Part shown: positions 21,134-28,600 of the stretch, piece after piece
Layout: each line of letters starts with the position of its first letter
How positions within the stretch are numbered: the first letter of the stretch is position 1
Source of the DNA: an uncultured Alphaproteobacteria bacterium
GTDB taxonomy: Bacteria; Pseudomonadota; Alphaproteobacteria; Rhizobiales; Xanthobacteraceae
DNA length: 64,000 bases
Assembly (NCBI GenBank): GCA_963756245.1
Contig: CAVWOI010000025.1
Location: 6,245 to 70,244 of the forward strand
Reading direction: 5' to 3'
Made by a program: the position numbers and the translations under genes
The notes under the pieces: model-generated
Seen by the model: the letters and a program-made list of their open reading frames with translations, nothing else
Databases searched by the model: none
What the model was told of the DNA's origin: nothing

Positions 21134-21346
21134 ATGGACGCAACGCTGATTTTGATCGATAGCGCAGCAGAACTGGGCCGCGCCCGCGCGCTCGTCGAAC
21201 GGCTATGGGATTCAAACGATCCGGCCGACATCGAACGGCTGCAGGCGCAAGCGCGTCTGATCGAAGTCTATGAGGAGAGCAAATGGCCGCGGCGGCCGGC
21301 GAGCACCGCAGCGCTGATCCGACACCTGATGGATCAATATTCGTAG
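21134..21346 (+). pseudogene. truncated HigA-like antitoxin (N-terminal half only, HTH lost)
   Basis: 70-aa ORF. ARALVERLWDSNDPADIERLQAQARLIEVYEE...LIRHLMDQY parallels E. coli HigA (..ALELVDHLLLNDPENPLLDL..ITAWEE...VIRTLMDQYGLT..). It stops where the HTH should begin, at the edge of a REP element. Confidence 0.55.
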
Positions 21347-21431
21347 CCCGGAGTGAGCGCAGCGAAATCCGGGAACGCCAGTCCAGCTCGCGACGGCGGC
21401 CCCGGATTTCACTTCGTTCAATCCGGGCTAC
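21343..21431. repeat. REP inverted pair (family D)
   Basis: gtagcccggagtgagcgcagcgaaatccggg (21343-21373) and cccggatttcacttcgttcaatccgggctac (21401-21431). Confidence 0.85.
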
Positions 21432-21436
21432 GCTCG

Positions 21437-21766
21437 CTAGTCCGTCAACGCGGTCAGCATCTTTGCGGCGCGGCTCAATTCGTTGTTGTTGAGCTTGGAC
21501 AGCTGAATGTTGATCCGCTGCAGCAGCCGGCCGCGCTCGCCGGTCGGCACCGTCATGGTGCCGGCGCTGAACAGAACGGCTTCCGGGACTTCGAGAACGC
21601 GCGCGATCTTCTCAATTGATTCGAAGGACGGCGCCACGTTGCCGCGCTCGATCTTGCCGACCATGGCGACCGACAGTTCGAGTGCATCCGCGAGCTCGCG
21701 CTGGTTCATGTCCCGCGCTTTGCGGTAATGGCGCACGTTGGCTCCGAACGACTCTCTCAAGGTCAC
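21437..21766 (-). CDS. XRE-family HTH transcriptional regulator
   Basis: NVRHYRKARDMNQRELADALELSVAMVGKIERGNVAPSFESIEKIARVLEV is a Cro/C1-type HTH. Start at GTG 21766, 5 nt after ggaggtg. Confidence 0.8.
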   Translation of the reverse strand: MTLRESFGANVRHYRKARDMNQRELADALELSVAMVGKIERGNVAPSFESIEKIARVLEVPEAVLFSAGTMTVPTGERGRLLQRINIQLSKLNNNELSRAAKMLTALTD

Positions 21767-21901
21767 GGCGCACCTCCGCCGCGAACCTGATCTAGCGCTA
21801 TTTCCGCGCAAGCGATTGCAGGTAGATAATTGTAATAATAGTGACTTGAAAGTACGCTTTATACAATTTATAGCTTATCAATACACGCGGGAGGAGGCCC
21901 C
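21767..21901. promoter_or_regulatory. AT-rich divergent promoter/operator region between the two XRE genes
   Basis: Local AT-rich block 21815-21885. Inverted heptamers aattgta (21828-21834) and tacaatt (21862-21868). Near-palindrome tatacaatttata. Confidence 0.4.
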
Positions 21902-22297
21902 GTGCAGGGCTCGCGCAAAACAGATGCTTACGACCGCGAGGTCGGCCTGCGGGTGCGTACGCTGCGCATATCCCGCCGCATGTCGCAAAGCGACCTCGGC
22001 GAAAGGCTCGGCATCACTTTCCAGCAGATTCAGAAATACGAAAACGGCGCGAACCGCATCGGCGCCGGGCGTCTGCAACGCATCGCCGAGATTTTCGAGG
22101 TGCCGGTCGCGGCGCTGTTTGGGGCGAGCCGGCGCGAGGGCAGGGCAGGCGTCGACCCCTTCGAAGGGCTGCGCACCCCGGGCGCGGTGCAACTGCTCGA
22201 AGCCTACGGCCGCATCGGCGACCGCGTGATCCGCCGCGCGTTCCTGCGCTTTGCCGAGCAAGTGGCCGTGACCTCGCAGCGATCAAGCCGCCGTTAG
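21902..22297 (+). CDS. XRE-family HTH transcriptional regulator
   Basis: GLRVRTLRISRRMSQSDLGERLGITFQQIQKYENGANRIGAGRLQRIAEIFEVPVAALF is an HTH family abundant in Rhizobiales. GTG start preceded by gggaggagg. Confidence 0.8.
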   Translation: MQGSRKTDAYDREVGLRVRTLRISRRMSQSDLGERLGITFQQIQKYENGANRIGAGRLQRIAEIFEVPVAALFGASRREGRAGVDPFEGLRTPGAVQLLEAYGRIGDRVIRRAFLRFAEQVAVTSQRSSRR

Positions 22298-22457
22298 AGA
22301 CCGGAGCATGCGCACCCCATTCGCCCCGCTTCGCGGCGGCGGATGAGCGCGATCACCCTCGCAACGTGACGCAACAGAGGGCGCAGCAAAATCCGAATGC
22401 AGCAGTGCCGCCCTCGATAGCGGCCCCGAACTTCGCTGCGATCAATCAGAGCTATTT

Positions 22458-25400
22458 TCAATCAGTCTTAAGCTTTGATATAAGTTGATCCTTCTTATAA
22501 TCCTGTAGTTGTTTGCTAATGAATTTGCTTCTCTCGGCACCGCGCGCGCCCGTTACGTCTGCACTAAGGTCCGCCATTAAGCGCCGGTATTGTGTGTCTA
22601 GAGCTTCGTCTTGCAATGGAAAGCGCACATATCCGTCAAGCAATTTTACAAATAGCGATTCGCAAAAGAATTGACGCTCGTCCAGCGAATTCCTGAGCGA
22701 CTCTACTCGCCGGATAAATTCAGGCAAACGCAAATCTAGATACAAGCCCTCATTTAAGAATCTAATTGTGATCGATTCATTCCCGGCCGGGCTTCTCTCG
22801 GCCAACATCAGACGGAGCTTCTCGGTTCCCAAATTATCTCTAAGCAACGCGGACACTAGATTGGGTATTCCCACGAGCAGAGAGCGAAGCACAAACGGCT
22901 TCATTTCGCCAAAAACCTTTCCAAGATTTATCGTGGCCCCGCCCACTTTCAGATCAGTATCGAACGCGGTTCGTAACATCACAATTACATAGCCGATGAG
23001 ACGGCCCCATGCATTTAAAATAATACTCAAGTGGTGCGACTTTTTCTCAGCTCCAATCTCTTCAAGGTTCTTTAGCGCAATGGTATAGACGCGCAGGGTG
23101 GTGAACCATTCTATTGCTACGGAACCAACCTCGGGGCGAGCCAACTCTCTGGGTTTAACTGCTACCTCCGGCCCCTCGTGGTGGTCGAGTAATTCATCCC
23201 TTTCCTTATCTGTGAGTTCCCTTTCAAGTAACTGTTCCGTTACGGATGCAAACATAGCTTCAATACTCTTGTCCCTCGGTAACTCAAATCCATCTACCAT
23301 CGGCAAGCCGGGGAGGCCTGGAAATTCTTTGCCCAAGCGTTCGTCGACATCTAAAAATCTTTTTTCCAATGCTTCAATTATTTCATCGTCAAAACGCTTT
23401 AGACCACAATATATATCTATCTCTTGCGGAAAACGGTGCGCCGAATTGATAATATCCAACTCGAAGTCTCTGCTTATTACCATCCGTTGCGCGGCAAAAT
23501 ATGCAAGAAACATATCATGTTGAAACTGCACGTTGTTGCCCACCAGTGAAAAAAGGCGGGCATCGCAGAAACTCCTGATTAACCCCTGAATATCCTGTTC
23601 GAATCCAATTTCGTTTAGATACGTAGCGCACCAGGAGTAGATTTGGGCGAAATCTACCGAATATACGTTCGTTTCTGTCATTCTTTGAGCAAGATACGCG
23701 AGGAGGCCAACTCTATTGTGGTAGTCAAAGACCTCGCGCCTTGCGTCCAGCTTGGCTTTTCCGAGAACTTTCTCGACAAAATTTTCCACAAGCGATGCTG
23801 TGTTTGTCGGCTGGAATGACGCGTCCTGTTCAAATACTCGAAACAGCAAACTTAGATAGACCGGTGTTAGCGGTAAGCCCAATTGTCGAAACCGAGCGAT
23901 GATTTGATCCAAAGCCACGTCGATGTTGACGGATAGTGGGGGCTTCGATCTTCGAATGAATTCCCTGACCTGTGACCGAGAGTAGGCTTGAACGTGAAGG
24001 GTGTCGGTAATGTTGGGAAACTCTAGCTCTAACAAAGCATCAATCTTTCCGCTGAATGTGCTTCGTACCAATATGATAAATTGGTTGCGATGAAAATTCT
24101 CCACTAATTTCCTAATGAACTCATTTTGCTCCGTATTAGTCGGGCTGACGTTTTCGAATATGATTAGCGCAAGACCCTCGGCCAATATTACATCAAGGCT
24201 CCTGCCGAGGGAGGTAAGGTCGGGCGCTTGGGCTTTTAGCAGTCCGATGAAAGACGCGGGATAGTTTCGGAGATTAGCGCAGTCTATTATGAGCGGTAGA
24301 CGAGGGGTAGTCGTCGTGCTGCCTTTCAGCAAGTAGTTCAATGCGATTTGTCTCGCCAGGCTTGTTTGCCCATGTTCAAAAGGGCAAAATATAAGCACGT
24401 TATTTTTGTAATCCAAAATGCGTTCGAATAAGACTCTCGTGTAAGTAAAGGGGTCTGTCGATGTTTGCTCCTCTTTCTTTGTCACGTCGATTCGAGCGAG
24501 CGGCGGACAGACGAAAACATCCGATAGTTTCTTACCAGTAGTTGTTTCGTTGAAATAATCTAGCTTCTCTACAAGAGCCACCTCAGCAAGCCATCGACGA
24601 TATCTCTTGAGATTTATCCTGAGTGGCTGATTAACCCAAAAGTTCTTTGACTCGGTGTTAACATAGAAAACTCCCTGAGGCGCGACGTTTTCGCCAACCC
24701 GAAATGCGCGTTGGTTGTCGAAATACGTTTGAAAGGTCACCTCGACACGAGTGCGATCTGGAGCAAGAGAAATTATGCAATACCCATTCAAATAATTTCT
24801 GCTAGAAAATAAAGATGGAGCTTGGACGAACGCCGTGCTCCCGAGAGGCGATGTTAGCGTTGCCGGTTCTGCCCGATGCAAGTGTCCAAAAAGATGAATC
24901 TTTGACTTATGATTAATTGTCCTTTGTAGTTCTGAGGCGCTGTCGTCCTGAAACCAGGCAAGCGGGTGATGTTGCAGCGAAATAATGTGCCTATCAGCAA
25001 GAACTTTCCCAAATGCCTCATTTAATGCGAGATCCGGAAAATTGAGCCGTCCGTGCTCATTACCCTTCAGAGATGCGACGGAAAACGCGGAGCTATTTAA
25101 TGCCACAAATGCGAGTTTAGCAGTTGGAAAATCCCAAATATTATAGAAGGGGTTGGATTTTGCAGCCTGCGTAGCCGAAAGTGATTTCATAAACTGGGCA
25201 TACGCATCGACCTTCTGGCGAACCAATACTGGAACTTTGCCTGCAGCGTATAAATCGTTGAAATACTTGTGATCGCCCAACCTCGTGCCGATCATATCCA
25301 ATTCTGAGGGCAGATCTTCGCAAGCTTTGCGACTTACATCATGATTTCCCGAGCCAAAAACAAAGCTATCTAGATCAATCGATGTGGTTTCAAGAATCGG

Positions 25401-25613
25401 AATTAAAAGCATCTCCATGAAATAATCATAGGCTTGATCTTCATCTGGATCATTTACGAGGTCTCCAGAAAAAACAACATAATGCGGTGCTAAATCGGTA
25501 TCGCATATTTGTGCGAGGTCCTTGATGAATGCGTCAAGGACAATTTTTTGGTCAGTCGCATGGCGACGAGTTATATGGGCGTCGCTCAAACACAGTATGT
25601 TTATGCGCTCCAC
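22458..25613 (-). CDS. metallophosphoesterase-NACHT/STAND-like fusion protein (candidate defence protein)
   Basis: Uninterrupted 1,051-aa ORF in AT-rich DNA. GTG start preceded by an aggggggac SD-like run. Domain motifs are listed in the sub-features and finding 1. Confidence 0.85.
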   Translation of the reverse strand: MERINILCLSDAHITRRHATDQKIVLDAFIKDLAQICDTDLAPHYVVFSGDLVNDPDEDQAYDYFMEMLLIPILETTSIDLDSFVFGSGNHDVSRKACEDLPSELDMIGTRLGDHKYFNDLYAAGKVPVLVRQKVDAYAQFMKSLSATQAAKSNPFYNIWDFPTAKLAFVALNSSAFSVASLKGNEHGRLNFPDLALNEAFGKVLADRHIISLQHHPLAWFQDDSASELQRTINHKSKIHLFGHLHRAEPATLTSPLGSTAFVQAPSLFSSRNYLNGYCIISLAPDRTRVEVTFQTYFDNQRAFRVGENVAPQGVFYVNTESKNFWVNQPLRINLKRYRRWLAEVALVEKLDYFNETTTGKKLSDVFVCPPLARIDVTKKEEQTSTDPFTYTRVLFERILDYKNNVLIFCPFEHGQTSLARQIALNYLLKGSTTTTPRLPLIIDCANLRNYPASFIGLLKAQAPDLTSLGRSLDVILAEGLALIIFENVSPTNTEQNEFIRKLVENFHRNQFIILVRSTFSGKIDALLELEFPNITDTLHVQAYSRSQVREFIRRSKPPLSVNIDVALDQIIARFRQLGLPLTPVYLSLLFRVFEQDASFQPTNTASLVENFVEKVLGKAKLDARREVFDYHNRVGLLAYLAQRMTETNVYSVDFAQIYSWCATYLNEIGFEQDIQGLIRSFCDARLFSLVGNNVQFQHDMFLAYFAAQRMVISRDFELDIINSAHRFPQEIDIYCGLKRFDDEIIEALEKRFLDVDERLGKEFPGLPGLPMVDGFELPRDKSIEAMFASVTEQLLERELTDKERDELLDHHEGPEVAVKPRELARPEVGSVAIEWFTTLRVYTIALKNLEEIGAEKKSHHLSIILNAWGRLIGYVIVMLRTAFDTDLKVGGATINLGKVFGEMKPFVLRSLLVGIPNLVSALLRDNLGTEKLRLMLAERSPAGNESITIRFLNEGLYLDLRLPEFIRRVESLRNSLDERQFFCESLFVKLLDGYVRFPLQDEALDTQYRRLMADLSADVTGARGAERSKFISKQLQDYKKDQLISKLKTD
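22461..23468 (-). other. domain: unassigned helical C-terminal region (aa ~716-1051)
   Basis: Leu/Glu/Arg-rich, helix-like. I can see no TPR, WD40, LRR or other repeat periodicity. Confidence 0.4.
23469..24431 (-). other. domain: NACHT/STAND-like module with degenerate Walker A (aa ~395-715, approximate)
   Basis: NVLIFCPFEHGQTSLARQIA (P-loop position), GLALIIFENV (Walker-B-like), LHVQAYSRSQVREFIRR, LPLTPVYLSLLF, NNVQFQHDMFLAYFAAQ. Confidence 0.6.
24684..25613 (-). other. domain: calcineurin-like metallophosphoesterase (aa 1 to ~310)
   Basis: All five MPP motifs in order: LCLSDAH, FSGDLVND, GSGNHD, SLQHHP, LFGHLH. Confidence 0.8.
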
Positions 25614-25754
25614 GGGGAAGTCCCCCCTATCTCTGGTCGGGATTACTTTCGCGAATTTCGCTGAAGTCTATCGAGGATTATTCGTCATGTCTCGAATCTC
25701 AATTATTACCCACAGGGTGGCCTTGCCTCGCGTAGTCCGAATTAAAGCGGGCCC

Positions 25755-25836
25755 GTAGGAGGGGTAGAGCGCAGCAAAACCCGTCATCTTTGTGCCGGGG
25801 AGCGGTGGGTTTCGCTGCGCTCTACCCACCCTACGA
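25755..25836. repeat. REP inverted pair (family C), also a likely yidC terminator hairpin
   Basis: cgtaggaggggtagagcgcagcaaaacccgtcat (25755-25788) and ggtgggtttcgctgcgctctacccaccctacg (25805-25836). Confidence 0.85.
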
Positions 25837-25865
25837 AGCTACGGAGCGCGTCGGCGTGTGAAAAA

Positions 25866-27749
25866 CTACTCCGCCGGTGTCTTCGGCTTCGGCCGCGCGA
25901 ACGTGCGCTTCAGATTATCCCACAGCTCGATCTTGGCGCCGTTCTTGTGCATGATCACGCTCTGCTGCAGCACCGAGAGCGAGTTGTTCCAGGCCCAGTA
26001 GATCACCAGGCCGGCGGGGAAACTCGCCAGCATGAAGGTGAAGATCAGCGGCATCCAGTTGAAGATCATCTGCTGGGTCGGATCGGGCGGCGCCGGGTTG
26101 AGCTTCATCTGCACCCACATGGTCACGCCCATGATCGCCGGCCAGAAGCCGAGATGCAGGTACGAGCCGAACATCGGGATGATGGTGGGGTCGAACGGGA
26201 TCAGGCCGCCGAGGGTGAAAATGTTGGTCGGGTCTTGCGCCGAAAGATCGTGGATCCAGCCGAAGAACGGCGCGTGCCGCATCTCGATGGTGATGAACAG
26301 CACCTTGTAGAGCGAGAAGAACACCGGGATCTGGATGGCGATCGGCAGGCAGCCGGCCAGCGGATTGATCTGCTCCTTCTTGTAGAGCTCCATCATCGCC
26401 TGCTGCTGCTTCATCTTGTCGTCGGCGTAACGCTCCTTGATCATCGCCATCTGCGGCTGCACCGCCTTCATCTTCGCCATCGAGGCGTAGGATTTATTGG
26501 CGAGCGGGAAGAACAGGAATTTGACAATCACGGTGACGATCAGGATGGCGATGCCGAAATTGCCGACCAGATGGAAGAAGTAGTCGATGGCGAGAAACAT
26601 CGGCTTGGTGATGAAGTAGAACCAGCCCCAGTCGATCAACAGATCGAAATGGTTGAGCCCCAGTTGCTGATTGTAGCCGGGCGCGCCGCCGATCGGGAAA
26701 TTGATGCCGACCACGGACACTTCCTTGGCGCCGGCGAACAGCCGCGCGTCGGCCGCGCCGGTCGCGCCGGGCGCGACGGTCTGCGGCGCCGCCAGATAAT
26801 CGGTCTGGTAGATGTTTACGCCGCCGCTTTCGGCCGCGGAAAAGCGGGCGCGGACCTTTGCGTCGGTGTCGGGCAACAGCGTCGCCGCCCAGTATTTGTC
26901 GGTGATGCCGAGCCAGACATTGGTGGCGTCCCAGCTCTCGCTCTTCTTTTCGTCGATCTTTTTGTAGGTTTCGGTCTGCAAGCCCTGGTCGCCGATCACG
27001 CCGATCAGGCCTTCATGCAGAATGTAATAGCCCTGCACCTTCGGCGTGCCGTGGCGCGAGATCAGCGCGTAGGGAAACAGCGTGACCGGATTGTCGCCTT
27101 TGTTCTGTACCTGGTCTTTGAGGGTGAACAGATAATGGTCGTCGATCGCGATGGTGCGGCGGAAAATCAAGCCGGCGCCGTTGTCATAAGTCAGGGTCAC
27201 CGGGTGGTCGATGTCGAGCGCGCCGGAGCCTTCTTGCTGCCACACCGTGTCCGGTCCCGGCATCGCCGCGGTGGCGCCGGCGGCGGGCACCCAGCCGAAC
27301 TCGGCGTAGTACGCGTCGGGCGCGCCCGACGGCGAGAACAACTCGATCGCTGGCGAAGCCGGATCGATGGTCTCGCGATAGCGCTCGAGCGCGAGATCGT
27401 CGATGCGGCCGCCCTTGAGATTGATGCTGCCGCGCAGCGTCGGCGTTGCGATGGCGATGCGCGGCGAAGCGGCGATCACCGCATCGCGCGATGCGGTCGA
27501 GACCGTGGGCGCGGCCGTGCCGGGAACCGGCGGCGGGGTGGCTGAGCCGGGTGCAGCGCCGGGTGTGGCGCCAGGCTCCGCCGCATTCGGCTGCGTGGTG
27601 CCCGGTTGCGTCTGCGCCTGTTCCTGCTGCTTGATCAGCGCCTGCTCGCGCTGCTTTTGCATCTGCGGATAGCCGACGAGAAATTGCCAGCCGACCACGA
27701 CGATCAGCGACAGCACGATGGCAATGATGGTGTTCTTGTGATCGCCCAT
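25866..27749 (-). CDS. yidC: membrane protein insertase YidC
   Basis: 627 aa. N-terminal TM, large periplasmic domain, and a conserved C-terminal 5-TM core (..MKAVQPQMAMIKERYADDKMKQQQAMMELYKKEQINPLAGCLP..). Confidence 0.95.
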   Translation of the reverse strand: MGDHKNTIIAIVLSLIVVVGWQFLVGYPQMQKQREQALIKQQEQAQTQPGTTQPNAAEPGATPGAAPGSATPPPVPGTAAPTVSTASRDAVIAASPRIAIATPTLRGSINLKGGRIDDLALERYRETIDPASPAIELFSPSGAPDAYYAEFGWVPAAGATAAMPGPDTVWQQEGSGALDIDHPVTLTYDNGAGLIFRRTIAIDDHYLFTLKDQVQNKGDNPVTLFPYALISRHGTPKVQGYYILHEGLIGVIGDQGLQTETYKKIDEKKSESWDATNVWLGITDKYWAATLLPDTDAKVRARFSAAESGGVNIYQTDYLAAPQTVAPGATGAADARLFAGAKEVSVVGINFPIGGAPGYNQQLGLNHFDLLIDWGWFYFITKPMFLAIDYFFHLVGNFGIAILIVTVIVKFLFFPLANKSYASMAKMKAVQPQMAMIKERYADDKMKQQQAMMELYKKEQINPLAGCLPIAIQIPVFFSLYKVLFITIEMRHAPFFGWIHDLSAQDPTNIFTLGGLIPFDPTIIPMFGSYLHLGFWPAIMGVTMWVQMKLNPAPPDPTQQMIFNWMPLIFTFMLASFPAGLVIYWAWNNSLSVLQQSVIMHKNGAKIELWDNLKRTFARPKPKTPAE

Positions 27750-28205
27750 TCAATGCTCGTGCGGTTTTTGGCGCGATTGGCGTTTTGCCGGCCGCGGCGA
27801 ACTTGGCTGAGATAGGGACCGTTCGCGGGCGCCACCAGTCGCCCGGCGCGATTCATCGCGCGACGGGAGCGTGTTCCGTTCCGGGTCGTGAATCCGGCCG
27901 AGCGCCGCATCGAGGTCCTGCCGCATCTGCCCGAACGGCGCCGCCAATGCGGCGCGCCGCCCGATCAGCACGTAATCGTGGCCGTCATGCATGCCGCCGC
28001 CTTGCGAAAGCCGCACCATCTCGCGCAGCCGGCGCTTTACCCGGTTGCGTTCCACCGCATTGCCGACCTGCCGCGACACCGTAAATCCGATGCGCACCGG
28101 GCCGGCCTCGGCGCGGCGGCGCGCCTGCACCACGAAGGCGCCGACCGACGCCCGCAAGCCCGCCGCGGCGGCACGAAAGTCCGTCCGGCGCCTCAACCGC
28201 TCCAT
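27750..28205 (-). CDS. rnpA: ribonuclease P protein component
   Basis: MERLRRRTDFRAAAAG..VRIGFTVSRQVGNAVERNRVKRRLREMVR is the RnpA signature. Its TGA stop abuts the yidC ATG. Carries a long basic C-terminal tail. Confidence 0.85.
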   Translation of the reverse strand: MERLRRRTDFRAAAAGLRASVGAFVVQARRRAEAGPVRIGFTVSRQVGNAVERNRVKRRLREMVRLSQGGGMHDGHDYVLIGRRAALAAPFGQMRQDLDAALGRIHDPERNTLPSRDESRRATGGARERSLSQPSSPRPAKRQSRQKPHEH

Positions 28206-28254
28206 GGTTGCGGCAGACATGGTAGCGGCAGACATGACAGCGGATGAAATGCGA

Positions 28255-28389
28255 TCACGCACTGAGCCGCTTGCGGCCTTGCGCGCGGCGGGCCGCCAGC
28301 ACCCTGCGGCCGCCCTTGGTCGCCATCCGGGCGCGAAAGCCGTGACGGCGCTTGCGCACCAATTTGCTCGGCTGGTAGGTCCGTTTCAC
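28255..28389 (-). CDS. rpmH: 50S ribosomal protein L34
   Basis: (V)[43 protein letters not shown], 44 aa from GTG 28389. It is hidden at the end of a long shadow ORF in the track. Confidence 0.95.
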   Translation of the reverse strand: MKRTYQPSKLVRKRRHGFRARMATKGGRRVLAARRAQGRKRLSA

Positions 28390-28600
28390 GGGAATGATCT
28401 CCGACAGCGCCCGGTCTCGCCGCAAACAAAGCGGCGTCAATTCAATCGGCGCGCGATGGCGCGGCTTATACGAAAGCCCTCCCGGTCCGTCAATGTGACC
28501 GCCCGAGCCTCGGGGTAGGCCGCTAAGCCCCTGTAATGTATCGTTTTCGCGTAACTCCTTGTTGCCCTGTATAGAGGTATCGCGCGGATGTGTGAGGCCG

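Noticed and set aside
27704-27910. 68-aa ORF between rnpA and yidC as a possible yidD
   Set aside because: It lacks the YidD signature (..ISP....CRF.P.CS.Y..) and overlaps rnpA in another frame. RnpA's TGA directly abuts the yidC ATG, so there is no room for yidD here.
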